A stretch of DNA of 64,000 nucleotides from Parachlamydiales bacterium (lineage in GTDB: Bacteria; Chlamydiota; Chlamydiia; Chlamydiales; SM23-39). Under the pieces are notes generated by a model. That model made no database searches, had not been told where the DNA came from, and saw only the letters and a program-made list of their open reading frames with translations. Position numbers and translations under genes: made by a program. Positions 18,982-26,946 of this stretch are shown here, in pieces (the stretch's first letter is position 1; each line of letters opens with the position of its first letter). Where the stretch lies: positions 320,342 through 384,341 of the forward strand of contig JBNLAH010000001.1 of assembly GCA_050302075.1 (NCBI GenBank), in the 5' to 3' direction.

Positions 18982-20049
18982 ATGATGACAAAAGCAATCT
19001 TAAGTTCAGAATCCTTAATCAACTCTCCTAAGGGGTATAAGGAATTCCTCGAAGACATCAAGAAAAGGATTCGAGAAGCGCAAGGGAAAGCGAGTCTATC
19101 CGTTAACAAAGAGCTTGTTCTGCTCTATTGGTCTATTGGTAAATCTATTCTTGAAAAACAGACAAATGAGGGCTGGGGAGCAAAGATTATTGATCGGATG
19201 GCAAACGATTTAGCCTCAGGGTTCCCCGGGATATCCGGCTTTTCAGTTCGTAACCTAAAGTACATGAGGAAATTTGCTGAAGTTCATACCGATCCTGAAT
19301 TTGTGCAGACACTGCTTGCACAATTGCCTTGGTGGCATAACATACTCTTATTAGAGAAGTTAAAAGACCCTGAGATAAGGAAATGGTATGTTTATGAAAT
19401 TCTGCATAATGGTTGGAGTGGAAGAGCTTTAGAAGAAGCGATTCGCTCCAATCTTCATGAGAGGAAGGGAAGGGCTATTACAAACTTTGAAGAAAGGCTA
19501 CCCGCTCCTCATTCGCGATTAGCAAACGAAATCTTGAAAAGTCCCTACAACTTTGGGTTTCTGACTTTAGAAGATGATTATATAGAGCAAGAGCTTGAAA
19601 GGGGCTTAGTCGATAACTTGGAAAAGCTTATTTTAGAGCTTGGGCAGGGGTTTGCCTTCATTGGTAGACAATACCATCTGGAAATTGCGGGTGATGACTA
19701 TTATTTGGACATGCTCTTTTATCATATCAAACTGCGCTGCTTTTGTGTTGTAGAGCTAAAGACAACCGATTTCAAGCCAGAATATGCAGGTAAACTCAAC
19801 TTTTATCTCGCAGCCGTTGATAGGCAGCTAAAACATCCAACGGATAATCCATCAATTGGTATGATCATTTGCCGTACAAAAAATGATCTAAAAGTAGAGT
19901 ACTCCCTGGAGCGTAGCACTATGCCTATGGGAGTATCGGAATATGCTGTGAGCATCATGGATGCTTTGCCTAAAGAACTAAAAGGAACCTTACCTACTGC
20001 AGCTGAGATTGAAGAGAAATTAACGCGACATAGGAAGGAAGATAAATAA
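18982..20049 (+). CDS. YhcG/DUF1016 family PDDEXK nuclease-domain protein
   Basis: LYWSIG, GWGAKII, GFSVRNLKYMRKFA, LELGQGFAFIGRQ, DMLFYH..LRCFCVVELK, PSIG; ATG at 18982 preferred over TTG at 18964. Confidence 0.92.
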   Translation: MMTKAILSSESLINSPKGYKEFLEDIKKRIREAQGKASLSVNKELVLLYWSIGKSILEKQTNEGWGAKIIDRMANDLASGFPGISGFSVRNLKYMRKFAEVHTDPEFVQTLLAQLPWWHNILLLEKLKDPEIRKWYVYEILHNGWSGRALEEAIRSNLHERKGRAITNFEERLPAPHSRLANEILKSPYNFGFLTLEDDYIEQELERGLVDNLEKLILELGQGFAFIGRQYHLEIAGDDYYLDMLFYHIKLRCFCVVELKTTDFKPEYAGKLNFYLAAVDRQLKHPTDNPSIGMIICRTKNDLKVEYSLERSTMPMGVSEYAVSIMDALPKELKGTLPTAAEIEEKLTRHRKEDK

Positions 20050-20076
20050 ATGAAAAATAGATAAAAGGAGATAATT

Positions 20077-20919
20077 ATGGGATGTTTTTTCAAAGGGTTT
20101 GTAACTTCGCTTGCGGTTATATCTTCTCTTTTGGCGTCAGAAGTAAAAGATTCCTGGAAAGGAGATGAATATGCTAAAAATTCAGAATCTCAAAAGTCTT
20201 CAGCTGAAGACTTCATCGGAGCACTGCATTTAGATGATTTTTCTATTGTCCTTGACGTAGGATGCGGGGATGGCAAAATTACTGCTGCAATTGCAAACTT
20301 GGTCCCCCATGGCGAAGTAGTTGGAGTAGATATTTCTCCGTCTATGATTCGCTTTGCAAATCAGGCATTTTCAAATGTAGCTAATCTTTCATTCGATATA
20401 CAAGATGCAGCTCAGATAAACTATACGGAAAAGTTTAATCTGATCACTTCATTTACTGTTATGCAATGGGTCTTGCCACAAGCTCAAGCTTTGAATGCAA
20501 TGCATAAGGCCTTGAAACCAGGAGGAACTCTCTGCATTCAAATGCCCACAGGGCTTCCAGAAGCAATGCAAGGGGCTTTAAGTAAGTTGATTTTTTCGGA
20601 TCAATGGGCTAAGTATTTTGTAGGTTTTTCTGCTCCTTGGAAGTTTTATCAACCTGAAGAATACAAAGAGCTACTTTTGAATGCTAATTTTGTGCCAAGT
20701 AGAATTGAAACTTCTACAAAACATGAAAAATTTCCTTCTAGAGAAGTTTTTCAAGGATTTTTGAGACAGTGGTTTCCTTATCTAAGGCCTCTACCAGAAG
20801 ACTTAAAAGATATTTTTCTTACTAAGCTAGTTGACGAGTACCTTAAGGCTTTGCCAGTAGATCAAGCTGGCAGGGTAAGTTTCATTGTTACTCGCCTTGA
20901 AGTTGAGGCAAAAAAATAG
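20077..20919 (+). CDS. class I SAM-dependent methyltransferase (trans-aconitate methyltransferase-like)
   Basis: VLDVGCGDG, GVDISPSMI, LKPGG; signal-like N-terminus. Confidence 0.88.
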   Translation: MGCFFKGFVTSLAVISSLLASEVKDSWKGDEYAKNSESQKSSAEDFIGALHLDDFSIVLDVGCGDGKITAAIANLVPHGEVVGVDISPSMIRFANQAFSNVANLSFDIQDAAQINYTEKFNLITSFTVMQWVLPQAQALNAMHKALKPGGTLCIQMPTGLPEAMQGALSKLIFSDQWAKYFVGFSAPWKFYQPEEYKELLLNANFVPSRIETSTKHEKFPSREVFQGFLRQWFPYLRPLPEDLKDIFLTKLVDEYLKALPVDQAGRVSFIVTRLEVEAKK

Positions 20920-20929
20920 ACGAGTCTTT

Positions 20930-20957
20930 AATCCGCTTAAGAAATCTTAGGCGGATT
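20930..20957. terminator. probable terminator hairpin
   Basis: AATCCGCTTAAGA-AA-TCTTAGGCGGATT after the methyltransferase. Confidence 0.65.
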
Positions 20958-21031
20958 GATTGTTTAACATTTTCATAAAGAAGATTTGGCAAAAACCGCT
21001 CTGGTTATAAACTTTTTCAGAAGAGAAGTCA

Positions 21032-21250
21032 CTATTTCAGGTTGTTAATATGACCTGCCTTCTCAATGATGTGAATCTCAGAGCTGGCAATACAAGAAGA
21101 CATTTCTTCTGATTCTCTGGGTGGACGAGGGATATCATCTTCCCTTACAAGAATTAGTGTAGGTTGTTCGACCTTAGAAAGCTTGTCTAGTTTGCAGTCT
21201 CTAGAAAAAATTGCCCTTCCCAAGGAAACAATTCCTGGAATATTTTCCTC
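21032..21250 (-). pseudogene. alpha/beta hydrolase C-terminal fragment
   Basis: QPTLILVREDDIPRPP...IIEKAGHINNL (acid and His region) fused in frame to an integrase fragment. Confidence 0.65.
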
Positions 21251-22038
21251 TTTGATTTCAGCTAATGCTAGAGCTTTCTGCCAAGCTTTTTTAATATCAA
21301 TTTTTCCAAATGCTGTCCTGCTTGCAAAAACCAGTTCTTTATGCTTTTGTCTAACTTCATAGAGCTTTTTAAGTTCTTCAATAATATCAGGGACCAAATA
21401 GATGCTTCTTGGAGAGTTATTTTTAGTGTTTGGTAAAAAGGCTTAGGATACAGATAAGTATTCTAGCTTTTCTTACAAGCTGCTATGAGTTTAACAGCTT
21501 CTTCGTGTGATAGCACTCTGTCTCTTCCAGAACTTTCTTTAAGCTTTTTGAAATTAAGGCAGGGATTATCTGTTATCCAAGCAAGCTGACGACAAGCAAA
21601 AGTTAATATTGATGAAAGGCTAGCAAAGTACCTATTAACTGTTGCATTAGTCCTTTTTTTGTTCTGGTTAGTAGGAGTATCTAGTAGGAATTTTCTTTCT
21701 TTGCTTAAAAGATCAGTATTGAGGTGCGATAGAGAGTATTTCCCAAGTCGGAATTTCCAATAGGTTAGATGTCTAAGAGTATCCTTTGATGATTTATGGT
21801 GCTCTAACATGCCGTCATCAAGAAAACGATCGACAAGTTCAATAAAGGTTTTTTGATTTTTATATTGATCGAACTTGAACTGACCTAACTTGATTTTACG
21901 TTCTGTATCATTTGACCAGTCTTCAGCTTCTTGTTTTCTATCAAATGTTTTAGTTATTGCAGGAAAGCCTTTAATTCGAATGGCAGCTCGCCATTTAGAG
22001 CTTTTCCCATTTCTTCTTCTTTTATAAATTGATGCCAT
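21251..22038 (-). pseudogene. tyrosine integrase pseudogene (element B)
   Basis: N-terminal part 21463..22038 resembles the intact integrase at 30401; after a stop and deletion it resumes as TKNNSPRSIYLVPD...LVFAS...IDIKKAW; catalytic Arg box, HxxR and Tyr are missing. Confidence 0.85.
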
Positions 22039-22182
22039 ACAAACCTCTTAAAAAAATGGTTGGTTGGCATTAGTTAAAGTTGTTTTTCATTGCACCATAT
22101 TTACATCAAAAGTAATAAAAATTACTTGAATGATGAATATCAATCAAACATTTTAAAGCCTAATCAGTGCAATTGGAATGAT

Positions 22183-22235
22183 TTAAAGATGTGGGGCAAC
22201 CAGGACTTGAACCCGGGACCAACGGATTATGAGTC
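22183..22235. repeat. att direct repeat copy 2 (tRNA 3' half duplication)
   Basis: Identical to 31750-31802: TTAAAGATGTGGGGCAACCAGGACTTGAACCCGGGACCAACGGATTATGAGTC. Confidence 0.97.
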
Positions 22236-22352
22236 TTACCTATTTTGGCTACTAATGCCTATGATCCATAGTTAACAATCATATAATTAGCTTTTTAGGT
22301 TAAAAAAAATACTAATACTAATTGTTTGTTGCTGATCATTTTTACTAATTTC

Positions 22353-22372
22353 TGTGCCACTAGTGTGCCACT
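22353..22372. repeat. paired TGTGCCACT repeat, putative integrase arm-type site (left end)
   Basis: TGTGCC at 22353 and 22364, 11-bp period. Confidence 0.65.
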
Positions 22373-22552
22373 TTTTTTTTCTAAGTAACCGTAAATTTAG
22401 TGAAAGTTTCAGAATAAATTTAGATATTTTCCACTAAGTCATTTTTCCTAAAAAAATATTTTGACAGTTTCCAAGAAATGAGAATAATATTTTTATGTAA
22501 CAGACAGTCAGCAACTGTTTTAAGTGTAAAAAATATTATTTAGAGAATCGAG

Positions 22553-22747
22553 ATGAAGTTTTGTAGTTTAAACTATTTTTTAAAGAAAAGAGAAGATACA
22601 TGGCCAACCGAAAGAGCAATGCGTTGGATTATTTTTAATCGAGAATTTAATGGAGCAAAACGCTTTTTGAGAAAAGTTTCAGGAAGATGGTTTATTGATG
22701 AGGTGGAATTCGAAAATTGGATAAATGAGGACGGAAATGATAAGTAA
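22553..22747 (+). CDS. small putative DNA-binding/excisionase-like protein
   Basis: 64 aa; RKVSGRWFIDEVEFENWI resembles the wing of Xis/MerR-like HTH proteins; first gene of the replication operon. Confidence 0.55.
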   Translation: MKFCSLNYFLKKREDTWPTERAMRWIIFNREFNGAKRFLRKVSGRWFIDEVEFENWINEDGNDK

Positions 22748-22958
22748 TGAAAACAATAAAATTGAAAAGCTTTTGAATATTGCTAGCAGATTCTCAAATA
22801 GTTCAAATTCTGATTTACAAAGTTTAGGACGTTACATTGAAGATGAAATTCGAACTTTAGATGAATATGAAGAGTCTGATGAAAAAATACGTTTCTTGGA
22901 TGAAATTAGATATCGTGTAACTAAAAAATATAAAGAAATTACTGGAGATGGATTATGA
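22725..22958 (+). CDS. hypothetical protein
   Basis: 77 aa, overlapping both neighbours (translational coupling). Confidence 0.55.
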   Translation: MRTEMISNENNKIEKLLNIASRFSNSSNSDLQSLGRYIEDEIRTLDEYEESDEKIRFLDEIRYRVTKKYKEITGDGL

Positions 22959-24814
22959 TTGGAATAAGAGAAGGGGAGAAGGGCCTCCCCACAACTCATT
23001 TTAATAAGTCACAAGAATCATATTCTAACAAAATAAATTCAGACAAGTTAATAAACGACAAAATTAATAGGTATAGTTCTGAAAGTAAGGTAGTTGGAAA
23101 TCGAAATAATGCTTTGAATACAATTGCATTTGAAGTCGGAAAGCTTTTAAGTAAATCTTCCTATAGTGAAGGTGTAGTTAAAGCTAAAATATCTGAATTA
23201 GCACAAATAGGAGGGTTGTCTCAAAATGAAATTAATTCAACTCTAGAATCTGGATTTAAAGCAGGCATTGAAGCTTCTTTAAACGCAGCTTTTAACACTT
23301 CAAAAGAAATTGCTTATGAATATAAAGATCGATTTGGAAACTATCTTTATGAGCTGGTTTGTATAAAAACCGAGCAAAATAAAAAACAGTTTTTTAGAAG
23401 AAAACTTCCAAATGGAGAATATGTTTTTTCCTTACAAAAAGGATGGTATGAAAGGAAAACCTTAGATCAAAAGTGCCAATGGAATCTTTCAGAAAATCAA
23501 GTCTGGGATGTTTTAGATACTACACGCATATGGTTGGATACGGTTAACCGAGTTCCTTATAGATTACCAGACATATTAAGTTCTAAAGTAATACTCATAT
23601 TGGAAGGAGAAAAAGATGTTGAAACAGCTTTTAGTTTAGGGTTTTATGCAACCACAGCTAAATCTGTTCCTAAAAATCAATTAAAACAGGCTTTTTCCTA
23701 TATAAAAGATAAAAAGTTCATTTATATACCAGATTGCGATTCCGCAGGTGCTAAAGAGTTAGAAAGAGTTCAAAATGAAATTGAAGATTTTGTTGATGAA
23801 TTTAGCTCTCTTAATTTGCCTCGCTTAGAACATTCAGAAGACCTCACTGACTGGATAGAAAAAAGAAACGGATCAAAAGAAGAGCTAGAAAATCTAATAA
23901 GTAAGCAGACAAATAAAGGCAAAAAGCAATTGCATCCAATTGGTCTTGGACAGCTCTTAAAAATGTCATTACCAAAGCATAGTATTATATTATCACCTTG
24001 GTTAAGGGAAAAATCACTATGTATGATCTATGCCTGGAGGGGAATAGGGAAAACACTTTTTTCCTTGAATTTAGGTTATGCTATTGCATCTGGTAATTCA
24101 TTCTTAGAGTGGGAAGCTACAATTAAAAAAAGAGTGCTTTATATTGATGGAGAGATGCCTACAGTTTCTATGCAGGAAAGACTTGCAAGTATTGTAAAAA
24201 GATATAAAAAAACTCTTTTATCAGATGAGTATTTTAAAATCATTTCAGCAGATTTAGAAGAAGACGGCATACCTTATTTGGATAGTAAAATAGGTCAAGA
24301 ATGCTTGGAGCAATATATAGAGAATTTTGACGTAATTATCATAGATAATATTAGCTGTCTTACAACTCAGCCAGAAAATGAATCTAATTCATGGGTTATT
24401 ATGCAAGAGTGGGTTTTAAAATTAAGACGAATGGGAAAAACAGTAATTTTAATACATCATTCTAACAAAAAAGGTGGAGCAAGAGGAACATCTAAGAGAG
24501 AAGATGTATTAGATGTTGTTATAAATTTAAAAAGACCTAAAGACTATGACGATTCTCAGGGTTCTATTTTTGAAATACATTTTGAAAAAGCTAGATTTTT
24601 TGACCCGAGAGAAGTTTCTCCAATTGAAGTGACTCTTTCAGAGGATAATAACATCTTAGACTGGAAATTCAAAAAAGTTGAAGATTCGCTACTTTTAAAA
24701 ATTGAAGAGTTTATAAAGATGGGCATGTTAGACAAAGAAATTTGGGAAGAACTTGGAATTAGCAAGGCTACTTTTTATAGATATAAGAAAAAGCTCAAAA
24801 ATCCTTTAGATTAA
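22955..24814 (+). CDS. primase-helicase (PriCT-like + TOPRIM + AAA_25/RepA-type helicase + C-terminal HTH)
   Basis: RNNALN..AF...GLSQNEI..T; ILEGEKD and PDCD; Walker A AWRGIGKT, Walker B IIIDN, LIHHSNK, ARGTS; ELGISKATFYRY. Confidence 0.88.
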   Translation: MIGIREGEKGLPTTHFNKSQESYSNKINSDKLINDKINRYSSESKVVGNRNNALNTIAFEVGKLLSKSSYSEGVVKAKISELAQIGGLSQNEINSTLESGFKAGIEASLNAAFNTSKEIAYEYKDRFGNYLYELVCIKTEQNKKQFFRRKLPNGEYVFSLQKGWYERKTLDQKCQWNLSENQVWDVLDTTRIWLDTVNRVPYRLPDILSSKVILILEGEKDVETAFSLGFYATTAKSVPKNQLKQAFSYIKDKKFIYIPDCDSAGAKELERVQNEIEDFVDEFSSLNLPRLEHSEDLTDWIEKRNGSKEELENLISKQTNKGKKQLHPIGLGQLLKMSLPKHSIILSPWLREKSLCMIYAWRGIGKTLFSLNLGYAIASGNSFLEWEATIKKRVLYIDGEMPTVSMQERLASIVKRYKKTLLSDEYFKIISADLEEDGIPYLDSKIGQECLEQYIENFDVIIIDNISCLTTQPENESNSWVIMQEWVLKLRRMGKTVILIHHSNKKGGARGTSKREDVLDVVINLKRPKDYDDSQGSIFEIHFEKARFFDPREVSPIEVTLSEDNNILDWKFKKVEDSLLLKIEEFIKMGMLDKEIWEELGISKATFYRYKKKLKNPLD

Positions 24815-24815
24815 A

Positions 24816-25010
24816 TGAGTCTCAAAAATCATTTCCTTAGGAGGTGAGACTATGAGACTTTTAGATTTATTGAGACCTTAAAATGATACCCTTTTTAATA
24901 CTAAAGTTATTTTGTATAGAGGGGTTTTTAAAAATAATGAAACTATCTATTGAGACAAATATGAGACTAACTTCATTACTACCTGAGACATTATGCAAAA
25001 ATAGTGAGAC
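24816..25010. repeat. TGAGAC iteron-like cluster, putative replication origin
   Basis: TGAGAC at 24845, 24853, 24871, 24951, 24962, 24984, 25005, plus inverted GTCTCA at 24819. Confidence 0.75.
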
Positions 25011-25020
25011 CCTTAATTGC

Positions 25021-26892
25021 ATGAACGATGACTATTCAAAGTTCATAAAAAAATCAGCTGATAACGTGCTTTCTAAGTCTGAAATACATATCTCTAATAA
25101 ATCAGAGCTTGGGTTAAACCAAATTGAATTTATTGAAAATGTCGATGAAGCGAGATTAATTTTAAAAAAGATACAAAACCTTAACTCACATGCTATTGGT
25201 TTTGATATTGAGACTAACAAGAAAATTGAATTCCAAGAGCATCCAAAGGCTGGTTTATGTCCCTATTTATCAAATATTAGGCTCATGCAGTTTTATTGCG
25301 GAGATGGCACAGCTTATGTATTTGATATTACAAAAATTAAAAATATAGATATTTTCACTCCCGTATTTGATTTATGCCTTGTAGCTCATAATGCAATTTT
25401 TGAACTAAAGCATTTGATTCATAATGGAATTCGCCCTAAAAGAATGGGCTGCACGTTACTTCAAAGGCATGCCTTAACTGGAGAAGTTTTTAGTCTCAAA
25501 GATCTGACCAAATTGCTACTGCAAGTAGATTTATCCAAAGAAGAACAAACCTCTAATTGGGGAAGTTCAATATTAACTGACTCACAAATTGAATATGCTG
25601 CAAAAGATGCTTATTTTGTCTTTAAAATTAATCAAATTCAGCAAAATCAGCTAAAAAAACAACCTGAGGTATTTCAATGTTATAAACGTATGAGAGAAGC
25701 CCAATATGCTGTAGCTGAATTAGAATTAGCTGGGATGCCATTTAATTTAAAAAAGCACACTGAGCTTATTCATAAACTTGAAAAAGAAAAACTAGAGCTT
25801 CTACAAAAGTTAAGCACTATTATGCCTGGAGTAGATCCTCAAAGCTCCAAGCAAATATCTGGGTGGATACAGTCCAGATTTGATCAAGAAATAGTAAAAA
25901 AATGGCCTTTAAATAGTAGTAGTCGCTGGCTAAGAATTGATGAAGGTACTCTTAAGTTGTTCTTAGACTTAGAATTTGTTCCAATCTTGCTAAAGTTTAA
26001 AACTGTATCAAAAGCTTTGAACTCATTTGGTGAAACATTATCCAATTTAGTTCATCCAATAACAAAAAGAATTCATGCTAGATACTTTATGGCTGGGACT
26101 AAAACAGGAAGGTTTTCTTGCAGAGAACCTAATTTACAGCAAATTCCAAGGTCATCAGAATTTAGATCTATATTTCAAGCATCAGATGGTAATTGTTTTA
26201 TTATTTGTGATTATAGTCAGATTGAGTTAAGGGTATGTGCTTTGCTATCTCAAGACAAGCTAATGATAGAAGCTTATTCTAATGGCGAAGACCTTCATCA
26301 AAAGACAGCCTCACTTATTCTTAAGAAACCCATAGACCAGATAACTAAAAATGATCGGCAGTTAGCAAAAGCTATCAATTTTGGGTTAATTTACGGAATG
26401 GGCGCTAAAGGGTTGTCTAGCTATGCTAAAAACAATTATGGAGTACCAATGTCACTGGAACAAGCCGACAATTACAGGAGAGTATTTTTTTCTCAATACT
26501 CCGGATTAGCTGATTGGCATAAGATGATGTTATCTCTATCAAAAGGGTTGGGGATTGTTAAGACCAGAGGCGGCAGAGTTAGAAATTTCAATTTAGAAGG
26601 TAAGCAAAATGTTTATACAGAGGCATTAAATTCTCCAGTTCAAGGGACTGCGGCAGAAATAACATTAGAAGCTTTGATTCTCATTGAAAAACGAATTAAG
26701 GGACTACCGATAAAAATTGTTCATTTAGTTCATGATGAAATTATCTTGGAGTCACCGAATGAAATAGCGTCAAAAGTATTAGATATATTAGAAAAATCTA
26801 TGGAAGAAGCTTTTTTTAAAATGTTTCCTGAAGCTATATCACATAAAGAGGTTGTTATAGGACAAATAGCAAATTTATGGAGTAAGGATTAA
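25021..26892 (+). CDS. family A DNA polymerase with 3'-5' exonuclease and no 5'-3' exonuclease
   Basis: Exo FDIET, HNAIFE, YAAKD; pol TGRFS..PNLQQIPR, DYSQIELR, RQLAKAINFGLIYG, VHDEI. The frame opens at 24883; ATG 25021, just after the repeats, is the likelier start. Confidence 0.93.
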   Translation: MNDDYSKFIKKSADNVLSKSEIHISNKSELGLNQIEFIENVDEARLILKKIQNLNSHAIGFDIETNKKIEFQEHPKAGLCPYLSNIRLMQFYCGDGTAYVFDITKIKNIDIFTPVFDLCLVAHNAIFELKHLIHNGIRPKRMGCTLLQRHALTGEVFSLKDLTKLLLQVDLSKEEQTSNWGSSILTDSQIEYAAKDAYFVFKINQIQQNQLKKQPEVFQCYKRMREAQYAVAELELAGMPFNLKKHTELIHKLEKEKLELLQKLSTIMPGVDPQSSKQISGWIQSRFDQEIVKKWPLNSSSRWLRIDEGTLKLFLDLEFVPILLKFKTVSKALNSFGETLSNLVHPITKRIHARYFMAGTKTGRFSCREPNLQQIPRSSEFRSIFQASDGNCFIICDYSQIELRVCALLSQDKLMIEAYSNGEDLHQKTASLILKKPIDQITKNDRQLAKAINFGLIYGMGAKGLSSYAKNNYGVPMSLEQADNYRRVFFSQYSGLADWHKMMLSLSKGLGIVKTRGGRVRNFNLEGKQNVYTEALNSPVQGTAAEITLEALILIEKRIKGLPIKIVHLVHDEIILESPNEIASKVLDILEKSMEEAFFKMFPEAISHKEVVIGQIANLWSKD

Positions 26893-26946
26893 GAAAATCA
26901 TTTAAAATGATTAATTATCATTTATTATAAAGTTAAAAACTTTTAG

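Larger units (their letters stand above)
18747..22191. mobile_element. decayed tRNA-integrated island (element B, about 3.4 kb)
   Basis: Bounded by att copies; contains YhcG, a methyltransferase and a broken tyrosine integrase next to the right att. Confidence 0.88.

Noticed and set aside
18546-19109. ORFs 18546..18734 (+) and 18927..19109 (-)
   Set aside because: They are antisense shadows of the YhcG remnant and the intact YhcG gene.
18738-22235. Possible extra tRNA genes at 18747 and 22192
   Set aside because: Only the 3' 44 nt are present; the D-arm and 5' acceptor strand are missing, so these are att copies.
22090-22275. 61-aa ORF containing WGNQDLNPGPTDYES
   Set aside because: It is the translated antisense of the duplicated tRNA 3' half (att site), a well-known kind of spurious ORF.
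24816-25010. Possible CRISPR array or tandem repeat
   Set aside because: The unit is only 6 bp with irregular spacing and there are no cas genes; iterons fit better.
25021-26892. Host housekeeping polA
   Set aside because: It lacks the 5'-3' exonuclease domain and lies inside an att-bounded element.
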